From assembly GCA_030141605.1 (NCBI GenBank), contig JAQGDQ010000145.1, positions 310,001 through 374,000 on the forward strand: a DNA stretch of 64,000 nt, given 5' to 3'. Within the stretch, counting starts at the first letter, position 1; every line of letters starts with the position of its first letter. The position numbers and the translations under genes are program-made. This stretch comes from Tubiluchus corallicola (lineage: Eukaryota > Animalia > Priapulida). A model generated the notes under the pieces. It was not told the origin of the DNA. It saw only the letters and a program-made list of their open reading frames with translations, and ran no database searches. Positions 15,001 to 26,930 of the stretch are shown one piece after another.

Positions 15001-16654
15001 AGTTTAACTTGTTTGTGTTAATGAAGCGAGTAGTCGTGTTATTATTGTTACGTTGTTACACAGTTAAATTGCCGTTTGTATTTTACGTTAAATGCGTCGT
15101 TGTTTACTGTTAAGTTATTGAATAGTTGATAAATAAATTAGAGATAATGTATACAATTTTTCCACATTTTTTATTAATTTTGTTCAGTGCTTCAGCTAAC
15201 AATTAAATACTACTAGCAAACTATTAAGTACTGCGTTGCCAGTGCGCCAAAACTGAAACAACATAGATTGATTATTATACTTACGCCAAAAGCAAACAGA
15301 TTTTCCTTTTCTTTCTTTGTGATTGCTCGGAGTGTTAGGGAGCATTTGGTAAGAGCGAATTGGGTGATGACATATGCACCAAATGACAGCAAACAGATTC
15401 ACCTCTCTGTTTAGCTGCAACATACTCATTTATCGTGATGTGTTTCCATGTACATGTATTTCAATAAGTCTAAGAAGTTGGGGGACCCATTCTAACTATT
15501 ACTTGTCGGCTTGGAAACCATTTTTGCTGAGTGTGAACAACCTATATGCCTAAGTGTTTTTTTTTTTGCTTCGTTAGTGCAAAATATTACAACTCACTCT
15601 CTTCACTTCAACTATTTAAAGAATACAGGCATATAGAGGAAACATACTGAACTCTGTAAAAACAGAAAAAACCAAAATCTCTTGATTATGGGTTTTTGCC
15701 TACACGATCAGCTTTTAAAATTGACATATCGCTTTTTTTTAAATCTTCGTACCGAACTAAAATCAATTTTTAAAAAATGACATCTAAGCTTGATAATTTT
15801 GTTTGATTTACTGCATTTTTATTAATTTTAAATAACATTATATACGCAATAGTAAAGTATTAAGGTAACAGTCAAGGTGCCAGATGATATTTACAAACGA
15901 TTGATAACTGATAAAGCATAATAAATTTGTCACAACTTAACAGTCCACAGTTATAGGCTCTTTCTTAATTCCACATCATTGTCTAAAACATAGGCCTATA
16001 GTTGCTGTTTTGCATTTCTTGAATACTTAGGTTATTGTAGAAGTGCAAATGTACAAAAATATAAGCATTTCAATGATAGTGAAAATGATAACAATGTCGA
16101 TGAAGTTAATCACTACATTGCTGACAATGATTATGGCGTCAGCGACGTTGTTGACGGTGGTAATAGCGATGACCGTGATGATAAATAATTATTATAAGCT
16201 CGTACAATTAATAACATTAATGCCCTGCCGCACCATCATGTCTTTCTCATGGTGCCCTTATTCTACATATCGTTAAGATAACCACTGATTCAATAAGGAT
16301 GGCAAAATATTGTGGGCGACATTTAATACTAGTAATAGATATAAATTACTGACTGATATACATATATACATACAACGCTCATCATAGGCCTTATTCTTGA
16401 AGTACATTGTAAAGTGTCTTTACCTCTACTGCGTTGCACAAGTCGTTTCCTGATCCACTGTATATTTTTACCTCTTTTATCCTTTATTCTTATCATATAC
16501 AGTATTGTGTGCTGTCGGTTTTTATGTGTGCGCTATGAATGCAATCAATAATTTGTTGATTTTTTTGTTCGAAATATTTTTCCGTTTATATACTTCATTC
16601 GTTCCTGCATTATTCGCCTACTTGGTTGCATGCATGGAGTGATTACTTATTTAC

Positions 16655-16656
16655 TA

Positions 16657-16729
<73 letters not shown>

Positions 16730-16730
16730 G

Positions 16731-16790
<60 letters not shown>

Positions 16791-17012
16791 CACTAACTTG
16801 CTTGCTTGCTTACTTGTTTAGATACATTCTTACTTAACTCACTCACTCACTCACTCACTCACTCACTCACTCACTCACTCACTCACTCACTCACTCACTC
16901 ACTCACTCACTCACTCACTCACTCACTCACTCACTCACTCACTCACTCACTCACTCACTCACTCACTCAGTCAGTCAGTCAATCAATCATTCATTCACTC
17001 GCTTGCTTACTT
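16655..17012. repeat. Compound tetranucleotide microsatellite (GCTT)n-(ACTT)n-(ACTC)n-(AGTC)n
   Basis: Direct reading. It explains the spurious LLTY and LTHS ORFs. Confidence 0.95.
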
Positions 17013-17049
17013 ATGACGCTTGTGGCTTTGGCAACGCCATTGACGCAAA

Positions 17050-20000
17050 TTATTCAGCTCTCTTGTTGTCGTAAAAACGAGACACCATTTGTGGCATTGG
17101 CATCATCGGGGCTGCTTCTTCGATTACCCCTACTTCTTCTAACCTTTCAGGTGAAGCTTCTTCACTTCTTTTCTTGCTTATTAATTCAAACCAGGCATTT
17201 TGAATGTCACTACCAATTAAAGGAAAACGTACCCCTGTTGCCGGGTTTGCATCTGTCAAAGGCTGAGAGTCTATCACGTCTTCCTCGTCACTACCGTCAC
17301 TAACAGCTTTCGTTTGTTTTACATCTTCAGCCATACCAAATGAAAGTTCAGCACTGTCTCTTAATGTTTTTATATTGTCACCTTCTTTTTGCAGTGCTGC
17401 ATCTGTTGGCCTTCTATTGGTTGGTTGCCTGAAGAAGCGTGACACCATTGCTGGCATCATCAGTTGTGTGCCTTCATCAGTATCACCACCAGTTTCAACC
17501 TTGTCATCTTCTTGAACATGCAGAATTGCTTTTTGTCCATCTATGAGTTGTTCGCCTGTTCCAGATTTTTCTAATCCAATAGTTTGGTCAGTGTGGGGCT
17601 GCTGACTAAAAAATCGCGACACCATCACTGGCATCAACATTGATGCATCTTGTACTGACGTGTCAATAATTTTGACGTTGTCATCCATTTGGGTTTCTAA
17701 ATTTAATTTTGATCTAGACATGCCATCTACTTGGGTGTTTAAATTGGATTTTGATCCAGACATGGTTCTTTGGTCTGCTTCAGTTTTTTCTTCTACTGCA
17801 GTTGATTGATCAATTAGAGATCGCTTGTCGAAAAATTGGAAAACCATTGGTGGCATAATCATTTGTGTATCTTGCCGTTTTTGGTCAACTGATAATTCAA
17901 GGCTTGCATCTAGTTGAGCAGTAGCATCAGTTGTTGATGTGGTTTTTGTTGGTGTTATAGCAGCAGTAGTACTAGGCTGTCCAAGTTCTATTGATGTTGC
18001 AGTGATCTCGTCATTTTTGTTATCTATTTCAATCTTATCATCTATTTGGTTATTTAACCTGGACTTTGGCTCAGATACAAACCGTTGACCCACTTCAGGT
18101 TGCTCTTCTGCTGGTTGATCAACCTCAGTTCGCCTTTCGAAGAATTGGAAAATCATTGGTGGCATAATCATTTCTGTTTCTTGCTGTTCTTGGTCAATTC
18201 GTTCTTGGTCAACTGCTAACCCAAGACTGGCACTAGGCTGATCAGTAGCATCGCTTGTAATTGTAGTTTTCATTGGTGTTATAGCAGCAGTGGTTTCTGG
18301 CGTAGTAGTGGATAGTTCAGGTGGTTTTGTTGTTGCTGAAGATGCAGCGATCTTGTCTGCTTTGTCAACAAATTCTGTAACAAAGGACTGTGGAACCCTT
18401 GTGGATTGTTCCTCGGTTGCAATAATTTGCCTGGATGCATCAGATCCAAAAAATCTGAATGTCATTGGTGGCATCACCATTGGTGGATTTCGTTGCATTG
18501 GATCAACTTCTATTATATGTTGTCCAACGGTTTCAGTGTCATCACTTACTTCTTGCCTTGTTGTGAGAACTGACCTACCTGCCAAATTTTCAGACTCTCC
18601 CGATTTTGGATCTGTTTTTACTTGGGAAGTATCCTTAATAGATGTTTTGGGTTTCATTTCCTCTTCTTGGATGTCTTCAATCTTCAGTAATATGTCAACT
18701 CCTGTTCTCCCATTTTCTTCCACAATCTCTTCTTCAGATTGCATGAATGTTTCAACTTTTTCACTAGTTCTTGTTTGCTGAACTGGCACTGTTACTTCTT
18801 TTTCCCCATCCACTTCTATTACTATTGTGTTAGAAGTCTTTTCAGTATTTGCTGTTATCTGTTCCCTTGTTGGTGCTTCTCTTTCTTTGTCTGAAGTCAA
18901 TGTGCCTCGTTCTGATGACTTCATGACTGCAGCAGTTAGTGAACTTGATAATGTGTTTGTAGATCCTACTTGATTAGTTGTTTGTAGTAGCTGGTCTGGT
19001 TCTGTTAATTCTTGTTCACTGCCAGTCTCTGTATCTGTTACTTCAGATGTCATTTTGGTTCCTATTGAGGTATCCGTGCCAATTTTTGATGTAACTGTAC
19101 CGCTTAATGGACTTGTCTCCCCTGATGTATCTGTCGATATTACTGCTGATTTGGTTTGATCAACTCCCATTGTGATTTTCTCTTTTGAAATTTTAACTTC
19201 AACACCTGACGTCAATTTAGTGTCATCTGAAGACAGCATTTCCCAATCGTGTGCAGCTGAAGACTGATCTGTTGACTCAGCTGATTCAATTGTATTCTGT
19301 TTTTGTTCTTCTTCTGACCAATTATGGCCTAAGGTTGTATCTGTAGTAGACGCATTTACTTGTTGTGTGGCATCTACTACTGCATTGGTTATCACTGTAT
19401 CATTAGTGCACACATGACCATATCCACGAATGTAGTAACAAGTTGGACTTGTAACCAATGCTGGTGTTGACGCTGCTGTTGGTGCTTCGGCTGCTAGTGT
19501 TGTAGCAATATTTTGGGTGTCACTATCTGAAGAAACATCAACAGACGCATTACATATGTAGCCATAGGGCTCTCTATAAGAACAGTTTGAAGGATCTTTT
19601 TGAACTGCCGTTGTAGTTGCAGGTGTAACTGTAGTACTTTCACTTGATTCTGGTGAACATATTGTACCATACCCTTCGATAAAGTAACATTTTTGTGTAA
19701 CTGTAGGAGCACCTGTTTGTGTATCAGGTTGATTATCTTCCTCTGGGATTGGTGTGACCGTTGCCTCTTTACTGCCTTCTTCTGAGTCTGGTGTAACAGA
19801 TTCATCTTGCGTGACAGGTTGGCTATCTTCTTCTAAGATTGGTGTAACTTTTGCCTCTTCACTGTCTTCTTCTGAGGCTGGTGTAATAGTTTCATCTTCA
19901 CTTGACACGGGTGAACATATTGTACCATATCCTTTGATAAAATAACATTTTTGTGCAACTGTAAGAGTACCTGTTTGTGTATCAGGTTGATTATCTTCCT

Positions 20001-22379
20001 CTGGGATTGGTGTAACCGTTGCCTCTTTACTGCCTTCTTCTGAGTCTGGTGTAACAGATTCATCTTCACTTGATGCTGGTGAACATATTGTGCCATATCC
20101 TTTGATAAAATAACATTTCTCTGCAACTTTAGGAGAACTTGTTTGCAGAACGGTTTGGTTGCCGTCTTCTGAAGCGATTTGTAGAGGAAGTGATGTTGCT
20201 GAAGTCGATGTTGTTGTAGATGGATCAGCAGCATCCATTATTTGTGCTTCAGATGACTCATAACAAACTCGTCCATAATCTCTGTGATAATAGCAAATAG
20301 TTTTTGCCCCACCATCTGTAGTAGATGGCGATGAGGTAGTTGATGAGACATTGTCATTGTCCATTTGCTCTTTTCTAGACTTACAAACGTACCCATATCT
20401 TCTGTCATAGGCACAATCTTGTTTAGAGTCATCTTCTTCATCAACATCTTCAACTTGTTCCACTTCTTCGTCATCTTCATCGACTCCTTCATCCGCTCTT
20501 CCAGACTCTTCTGTTGCTTTAGTAGTGATATCTCTACATCTCAATCTTCTTTGGCCATAGTAGTACACAAATACGCAGTCTTGTTCCACTGGTGCACTGG
20601 TACTTGTAGTTGTTGGTGTTGATAGTGCTGCTGGAGTTCTTGCTGTTGCTTCAATTTCTTCTGCTTGCTCTGTGCCTTCTGCAGGTTCTTCCGTTGTTGT
20701 TATCACGGGTATTATGTGTGGAATTGCTTCGTACCCATAATGCGTTCCAAATAGACGGATGGAGTTACCACCTATATTAACTTGCACACTAGTTGGTTCT
20801 AGTCCATAATGGAGTGGATTAAAGTATGCAAAATCATCGTGTCCATAACCATTGTATTGCTTTTGCCAGGTCATTTTGTTAACTTTGGGCAAGTCATATT
20901 GTTCTCTACCCTTCTCATGTGCGTTTTCTGGTCCACTGATTGACAGTCTACAATTAACAAAATAAAAAACGGTAAATCCAATTCTTAAAATACAAAGGCG
21001 CCCACAAAAGCAAAAAGTAGCAGTAAATACCGTTTATGACACAAATTGTTCTTTAATATTATTCATGCAAGTTCATACTCATGCAAATTAGGCCTGCCTA
21101 CTATGTCGGCTGAGTTTGTACAATGTCATTTCTACCGTTCGATTGATCAGAGATCCAACTTTAATAATCAATAGTTTTGCCAAAGCTTATATTCTGATAT
21201 ATTTAAAATCGCTGTATTGTATTATCGAAGCCGAATAATCAGATACAAATCTATTAAAATTTTGTAGTGAAGGATGGTAGATCGGCAGATCGACCATGGC
21301 ATCGATGAGAGTAAGAAATGGATGATATCTTCTTGACTATTTAGGCCATTTGCATATTATGCCAAAAATTGGAAAAACTAAAAGAAATTATTATTTCCAA
21401 AATGTTCTTTATAAGAACTTTCTAAGGAGCAAAACATATAAACGCTAAAGTAAAGCTATTCTCACCTCTCATTTGGCGGTCGAAGAGCATTGAAACTACC
21501 CGCCCTTCTTTGTGATCTTCCTGATGCAGATGGCGCGTATCCTGCATAACCACTGTTTTCACCTCCACTGAACCCTCTTAACTGTGAAGATCGCCCTGAG
21601 TATCCTCCATATCCTGCCGGAGGTCTCACCCTTCCCCTGCTGAAACCCCTTGATTGTTGCGATGCTCCTGGCAGGCCTAATTTATTCTGTAAATTCAACC
21701 GCTGCAATCCTGGATCCTCACGTCCCTTCCCAGCACCAGAACTTATGGCTTCCATTTGCTGGCTAAAGATGGAGGACAAATGGTCTGTTCTACCTGTGCG
21801 CACTCCTTCAAACAACTTCTTTCCATAATTCGAATCCGGCTGTTCAATTAAACCGTAGCCTTGTCTACTTCGATCACTGACCTGATTGGATCTGCCAGTC
21901 CTAGCATTTTCAAAGAGTTGCTTGCCATAGTTTAAGTTAGGTTGTTGTATTAATCCAAAACCCTCATGTTGCGGCAGGACCGGAACTCGCCCTCTGGACA
22001 GTGCGAAACTTCGGCCGGCATTTCTACCGACATGGCCATACTGAGCTAGACCACCTCTCAACGATTGCTCCCTACCAGCAGGTGGAATAGCTAGATCACC
22101 TCTCAACGATCGCCCTCTACCAGCTACTGGAAAAGCTATACCACCTTTAAATGATCGCCCCCTGCCAGTAGCCGGAAAACTTCTGCTGTTGCTCCTAGAA
22201 GTATCAAGATTCCGGACATTTCTGCTGTCTAATGAGATAGCAGGATTACCTCCATTGTTACTACCAGACAAGGTTTGAGTCCTTCCAAAAGGGTGTAAAA
22301 TTTGATTGTCAAAAGATCGATCTTGCTCGTTGTAAGAAGGCGCAGAAGAGTGTTGGTCAAACTGACAATCCACAACGCC
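17050..22379 (-). CDS. Uncharacterised large modular repeat protein (at least 1603 aa; possibly secreted/extracellular); 5' exon(s) unresolved
   Basis: Exon 22379-21466 (acceptor ttatag|GGC, donor AG|GTGAG) splices in phase (AG+A=Arg) to exon 20947-17050 (acceptor ttgtag|A, stop TAA). Together these give 4.8 kb of open frame in an AT-rich genome, with internal repeats conserved at the protein level. Confidence 0.88.
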
Positions 22380-25300
22380 CTATAAGAAAATTAAGCATTA
22401 GTTTAGCACTTTGTACGTGTGTGTTACTTTACTGAATTAGATTCTATTTTACTTGCTAAATAAAATTTAAATATTACACCTTATCAGTGTCCGTGACTTG
22501 CATGGCTGAAATGCATTGTAACGATATTATATTACTGGCACACTTTATGTTAGTTACCTTCATTTGTCTAAAATTGTAATTACGTTTAAATTATTATTTT
22601 TTATCATATTGGGTGTTTCAGAAGTCCCTCACTATTTTTAAACGTTAATAAAAGTTAATAGCAATTACAACAAAATGGCAATGACAACTCAGTTTACGAT
22701 TAACAGTAAGTTTAGTGGACTCAAACTAAGTCTCATAAGTCTATTGCGAGGACTTTAATTAATACTTGGGCACAACGCTCTTGTGTTAATATAGTCATGC
22801 AACGACGTCACGCCTCTGCACTAGAGTCAGCATGACAGCAAAAGAAAACGGCGTAAAACGTAGACTAAAAAATCCCAATTACTGAAAAAGAGTTTGTCAC
22901 AAGATGAATGTGATCTGTCTATTAGCTGGAAAGGAAATTGGAAAACAAACTGATGAATAACTTGCCAAACATAATTTATTACTACATTTTCAATGTCATA
23001 GCAAGTTATATTTGTCTAGATTTTGAAATTTAAGTAAATTATTTAACTTCTGATTAGGAAACGTAGACGTACAAGGCGCAAATGAATTTTACATTTTCAG
23101 GACAAGAGCAATTTATTTTCCAGGCATATAATTGTATAGTAAAATTTCCAAATTTAATATTCAATTTAAAAATGCTTAAAATGCACAGGAATGAAATTTG
23201 TAAGCTCATGGGCTGTAAAGTATGCAAAAGTGAACTTATAATTTCAATTTTCTAAATATATCTGCTTGAAAAATGAAAATATTCGTAAAGTTCAGTTTTG
23301 CAAAAAAAGCTTTTCACAGTCTTTATTTTAACATTAAATTTACACATGTTGAACAATGCTGTTGTATCATTTGAAATAGGAATTCCGATTAGTAAGAATT
23401 GTAAATCGAATTACTTTATTAAACACCGGTCATTACCCTCGGCTTATTTAAAAACACTTCCATCTTTCTCTTGTCTTGAGAGTCGGGGTTAGGCGATACA
23501 CGTCGAGGGTTGCGAATGGGCCTCACAGTCACAAGTTGAGTGCCTCTCTTCATCTAAATCTGGCCCTGAGTAGGCCTATAAATGTTTTGTTTTTGGATCC
23601 TTTTGTCAGTCTATAATTTATATCCTATATAAGTATGTAACCCGCTGTATAGCACTTATTTGGAAATTATGTACGTTAGGGCAAGTTACAAAATTTTCAG
23701 GGGAAATTCTTTCTCCCCCCCCCCTCTTTGTGAAACTTCCTCCCGTATGCCTATGTACGGAAATGCTTTTACAATACTAAATTTTACAATACTCCATTTA
23801 TACCACACTCATTGTTCATTAGTTTATTCACTCAAAATGCTGTTTCTCAACGACAAACAAACAAAAAAATATACGTACCCAAGCAATGGCAAGCCACACA
23901 ATGTTAATAAACTCTGAAAGAATAAACAAATGAAAATGAATTGCGAACTATGTCCGATAAAAGCCTGTCAAAATGATCTCCCCACGAGAAGCAGTATCGT
24001 ATTTGGAAATCTATGGTATATATTGGTACATACATACCAATATATATATATATAATTTTTCAAGTTTTCTGGGACCAGCTAATGTAATGTTAAAAAAAGA
24101 GGGCCTCGGGGCGGTTAGGGCTTCACCGAGTCTAAATCCGACACTGACGAGAAACGTAACTTTAAACGCGTAAAATGAGACAAAGAAATGTTAAATAGGT
24201 CCATAAGTAGGCCTTTTGAATGTTAAATGAATTTAATAAATGTATGTTACTATAATAAACGGGGACCTATGATCGTGCAATTTGATTGTAACTTTTTTCT
24301 TTTGGGAAAGCTAAATTCGCAGATCTCAAAAACGCTGCAAGAAACAGCGGTTAATGTATAATTAGAAATCCTTGTGGAATTTCTTCAGATTAGAACACGT
24401 TATGATAAAATGAAAAATAAAAAGTAAAAAGAAATAGCAAGAACAAACAAACAAAAAGAGGCAAAAACAAAAACTGACGTGTATAATTAACACTATAAAT
24501 AGATAGAAAGGTTTATCTGCATACAAAAATTGTAATGGAAAAACTAAAAAATTGCATTTACAATTAAGAAGACAAATAAAAGACATTAACTTCATACGAC
24601 AATAAAATGATAAAAATATATTAAGATCATACAAAGTGCAATACTGGTAGTACAACCTATTGACAAAAAATGCGCAATAACACGATAAACTTTCGTTAAA
24701 AAATCAAATAAAAACTAAAAGATTGCACTTCTTCGTCAAGATCGTATTACTACCACTTTAGGTTAAAACTCACGATTTGTTTTACGTGTTCTAGCAAGTG
24801 GCTATAACTATAATGACCCCGTAGTAATTAATTGCACTTCATTGTCACGATTATTCAACAATCCTAATAAAAAATATATATCAATATATATCTACATTAA
24901 AATTATAAACAACTTATGCTCATTTACCGTGCATAATGTTTAACAAACGAGCAGGCGTGGTTCGCAGCACGACCACGTTCACACAGAAAATCCGCAGTTC
25001 CTAAATGAGTTCACTTTTCAAGTGACATTTGCTTAAATATAGGAGGCCACAGTGTCACTAGATCAATGTTAAAAAAACTGTAACTTTAAAACTATGATTC
25101 ACTGCCATTATCGAGAGTGTTTAGTCTAGGGTTTGGTCGTTAACTTCGCACGTATACATTAAACAAGCCAATTGTTGCATTGCTTGTTTTATATATGTTG
25201 TCCTTATTAAAACAAACTAATTTTAACATCTGACTTGTTCAAAATTTATTATCTGCATATAGTGGTAGGCTATATATATTTTTATTTATTCTTTTACTTC

Positions 25301-25689
25301 AGCTCATAAACACTATAGTGGCACACATAGTCTCAAGGCATAAAATACATACAGATAAATTTAAAGCCATAAGGTACATACAGATACAAATAAAATTAGT
25401 TACATAGGTAAAAACCCAATTTACAAGTTAAAAAGATTAAAGAGAAGGTTAAAGAAAGAGAAGAATAAAAAACTATTTACAGAAATGCTACATATAATGA
25501 AAGTAAATTAAAATTTAATTCCAATGTGCAAAGATGTCTGAGCATATAAAAACATAGAGTGGAGCACAACACGGCATAAAATATTACCGACAGAATTTAA
25601 AATATTCTATACATTTTTATACTAATATTAGTATAGCACGATTTATACAAATATCTGACTAATATTTTATACATATAGTCAATATGAAT

Positions 25690-26460
25690 GAATTTAGTTA
25701 ATCTTGCACAGTACGAGACTTGATCCACAATTTATAGGTCGTTTTTTGTTTAATTGTCTATACAGGAAGTATCACGTAGTTTTTCCACTTTTTGATATCA
25801 ATTATGGACAAAAAATGAATTTGTTGGAACTTTTTTGCAGAACAGTGTATTAAACTGCTCAATTATTCTCCAATATTTTAATCCAATTTTTTTAAATTGA
25901 TGGTTTTCCTAAATTCCACTTCTCATCATAATAGAGGTAATAGGCCATAATAGGTACTTGTTGAGATGCAAAGCTATTTGAACCTGACTAGCGCAGTTGT
26001 TTGTAACTTTGTATTTGTATGGAATTAGAACATTGACAAGCTGGAACACTGTATCGTTCAGATGAAAGTTAGTACAACCTTGAGTTGCCACGTTGTCACA
26101 GTATTAATCATCTGAACGTCATACTTTGAACCTTAAAATCAAACAGCCGTGCAGACTGTATTCAGCTGGTGCTCAATTTATCCACTACTGTGCATCATTA
26201 ATATGGTACCTATTGTGTATGGAACTTTTGCTACACTTTTATTTTGATCGTTCAACATCTCACTAACTTTTTGTGATCTCATCCAATTAACAAAAAAGTC
26301 AAAGAAAGAAATCCACGAACGCAAGGAATTGCAAATCATAAATGGAACATTTTTATAAAAGTGTGTTCTTTTAATTCTTGAGCAGATATGTTTCCATTGA
26401 CAGAATGAATCCACATTTATTGATTTTTTGCACCAAGCTGGACGGAATTTCACGGAAAAG
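25690..26460 (-). mobile_element. Decayed Penelope-like element (RT thumb to GIY-YIG region)
   Basis: Ordered fragments across frames: HICS, KSVAKVPY, IPYKYKV..NC and terminal TIKQKRPINCGSSLVLCKIN. These resemble the Penelope RAxxICS, LPY, VYKxxC and IxxxKPxLN motifs; many stops and frameshifts. Confidence 0.45.
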
Positions 26461-26930
26461 AAATGCGATCATGTGATTTTTTGTATTAACGTGATCTTTC
26501 TAGTAGTCACTTTTACTAGTGTGTCAAACGTTATGCACGTTAAATGAGTTGTTTATTTTTGAATCTGCATTTGAACTAGGAAACTTTTTATTACAAGTTT
26601 AGCTCTATAACCATTAGCCCATACAAATCTTGTGCTCACGCCAAGTGTTAGTCTCCTATAGTCTTCAACTTGTACTCAGTCTTACTTTCAATGGGCTATG
26701 TGGTCTAGTCTTGGCATTGAATTTTGGTGTTGGTAGAAAGGAATTTGCTTAAAATCTAAGCTCACTTTCAATTTTTTTCAGTTTACCTGTCTGTCAGGCA
26801 AGTTTGGTTTTCAAGGTTCAATTATTGTTAGTGTGTTCCATCATCAACCAATGGTTTCAAAATTAAAATGGCAAACAACGTATAAGTCAATTTATACATA
26901 GTGAATTTCTGTATTACTACAAATTTATGA

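Noticed and set aside
16630-17303. ORFs with LLTY and LTHS repeats on the + strand
   Set aside because: Translations of tetranucleotide microsatellites, partly antisense to the real CDS.
17068-18480. RFamide neuropeptide precursor
   Set aside because: The motifs end RFF/QFF/RFY without the RF-G-[KR] amidation signal. A non-RFamide peptide hypothesis is kept as a finding.
18290-20622. Overlapping alternative-frame and antisense ORFs within the large exon
   Set aside because: By-products of the biased, repetitive codon usage of the 1280-aa frame.
2454-22379. Functional link between DAT and the Tyr-rich orphan protein (catechol chemistry cluster)
   Set aside because: Adjacency alone is weak evidence in animal genomes. 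The genes are convergent, and no tyrosinase or shared regulatory signal is visible.
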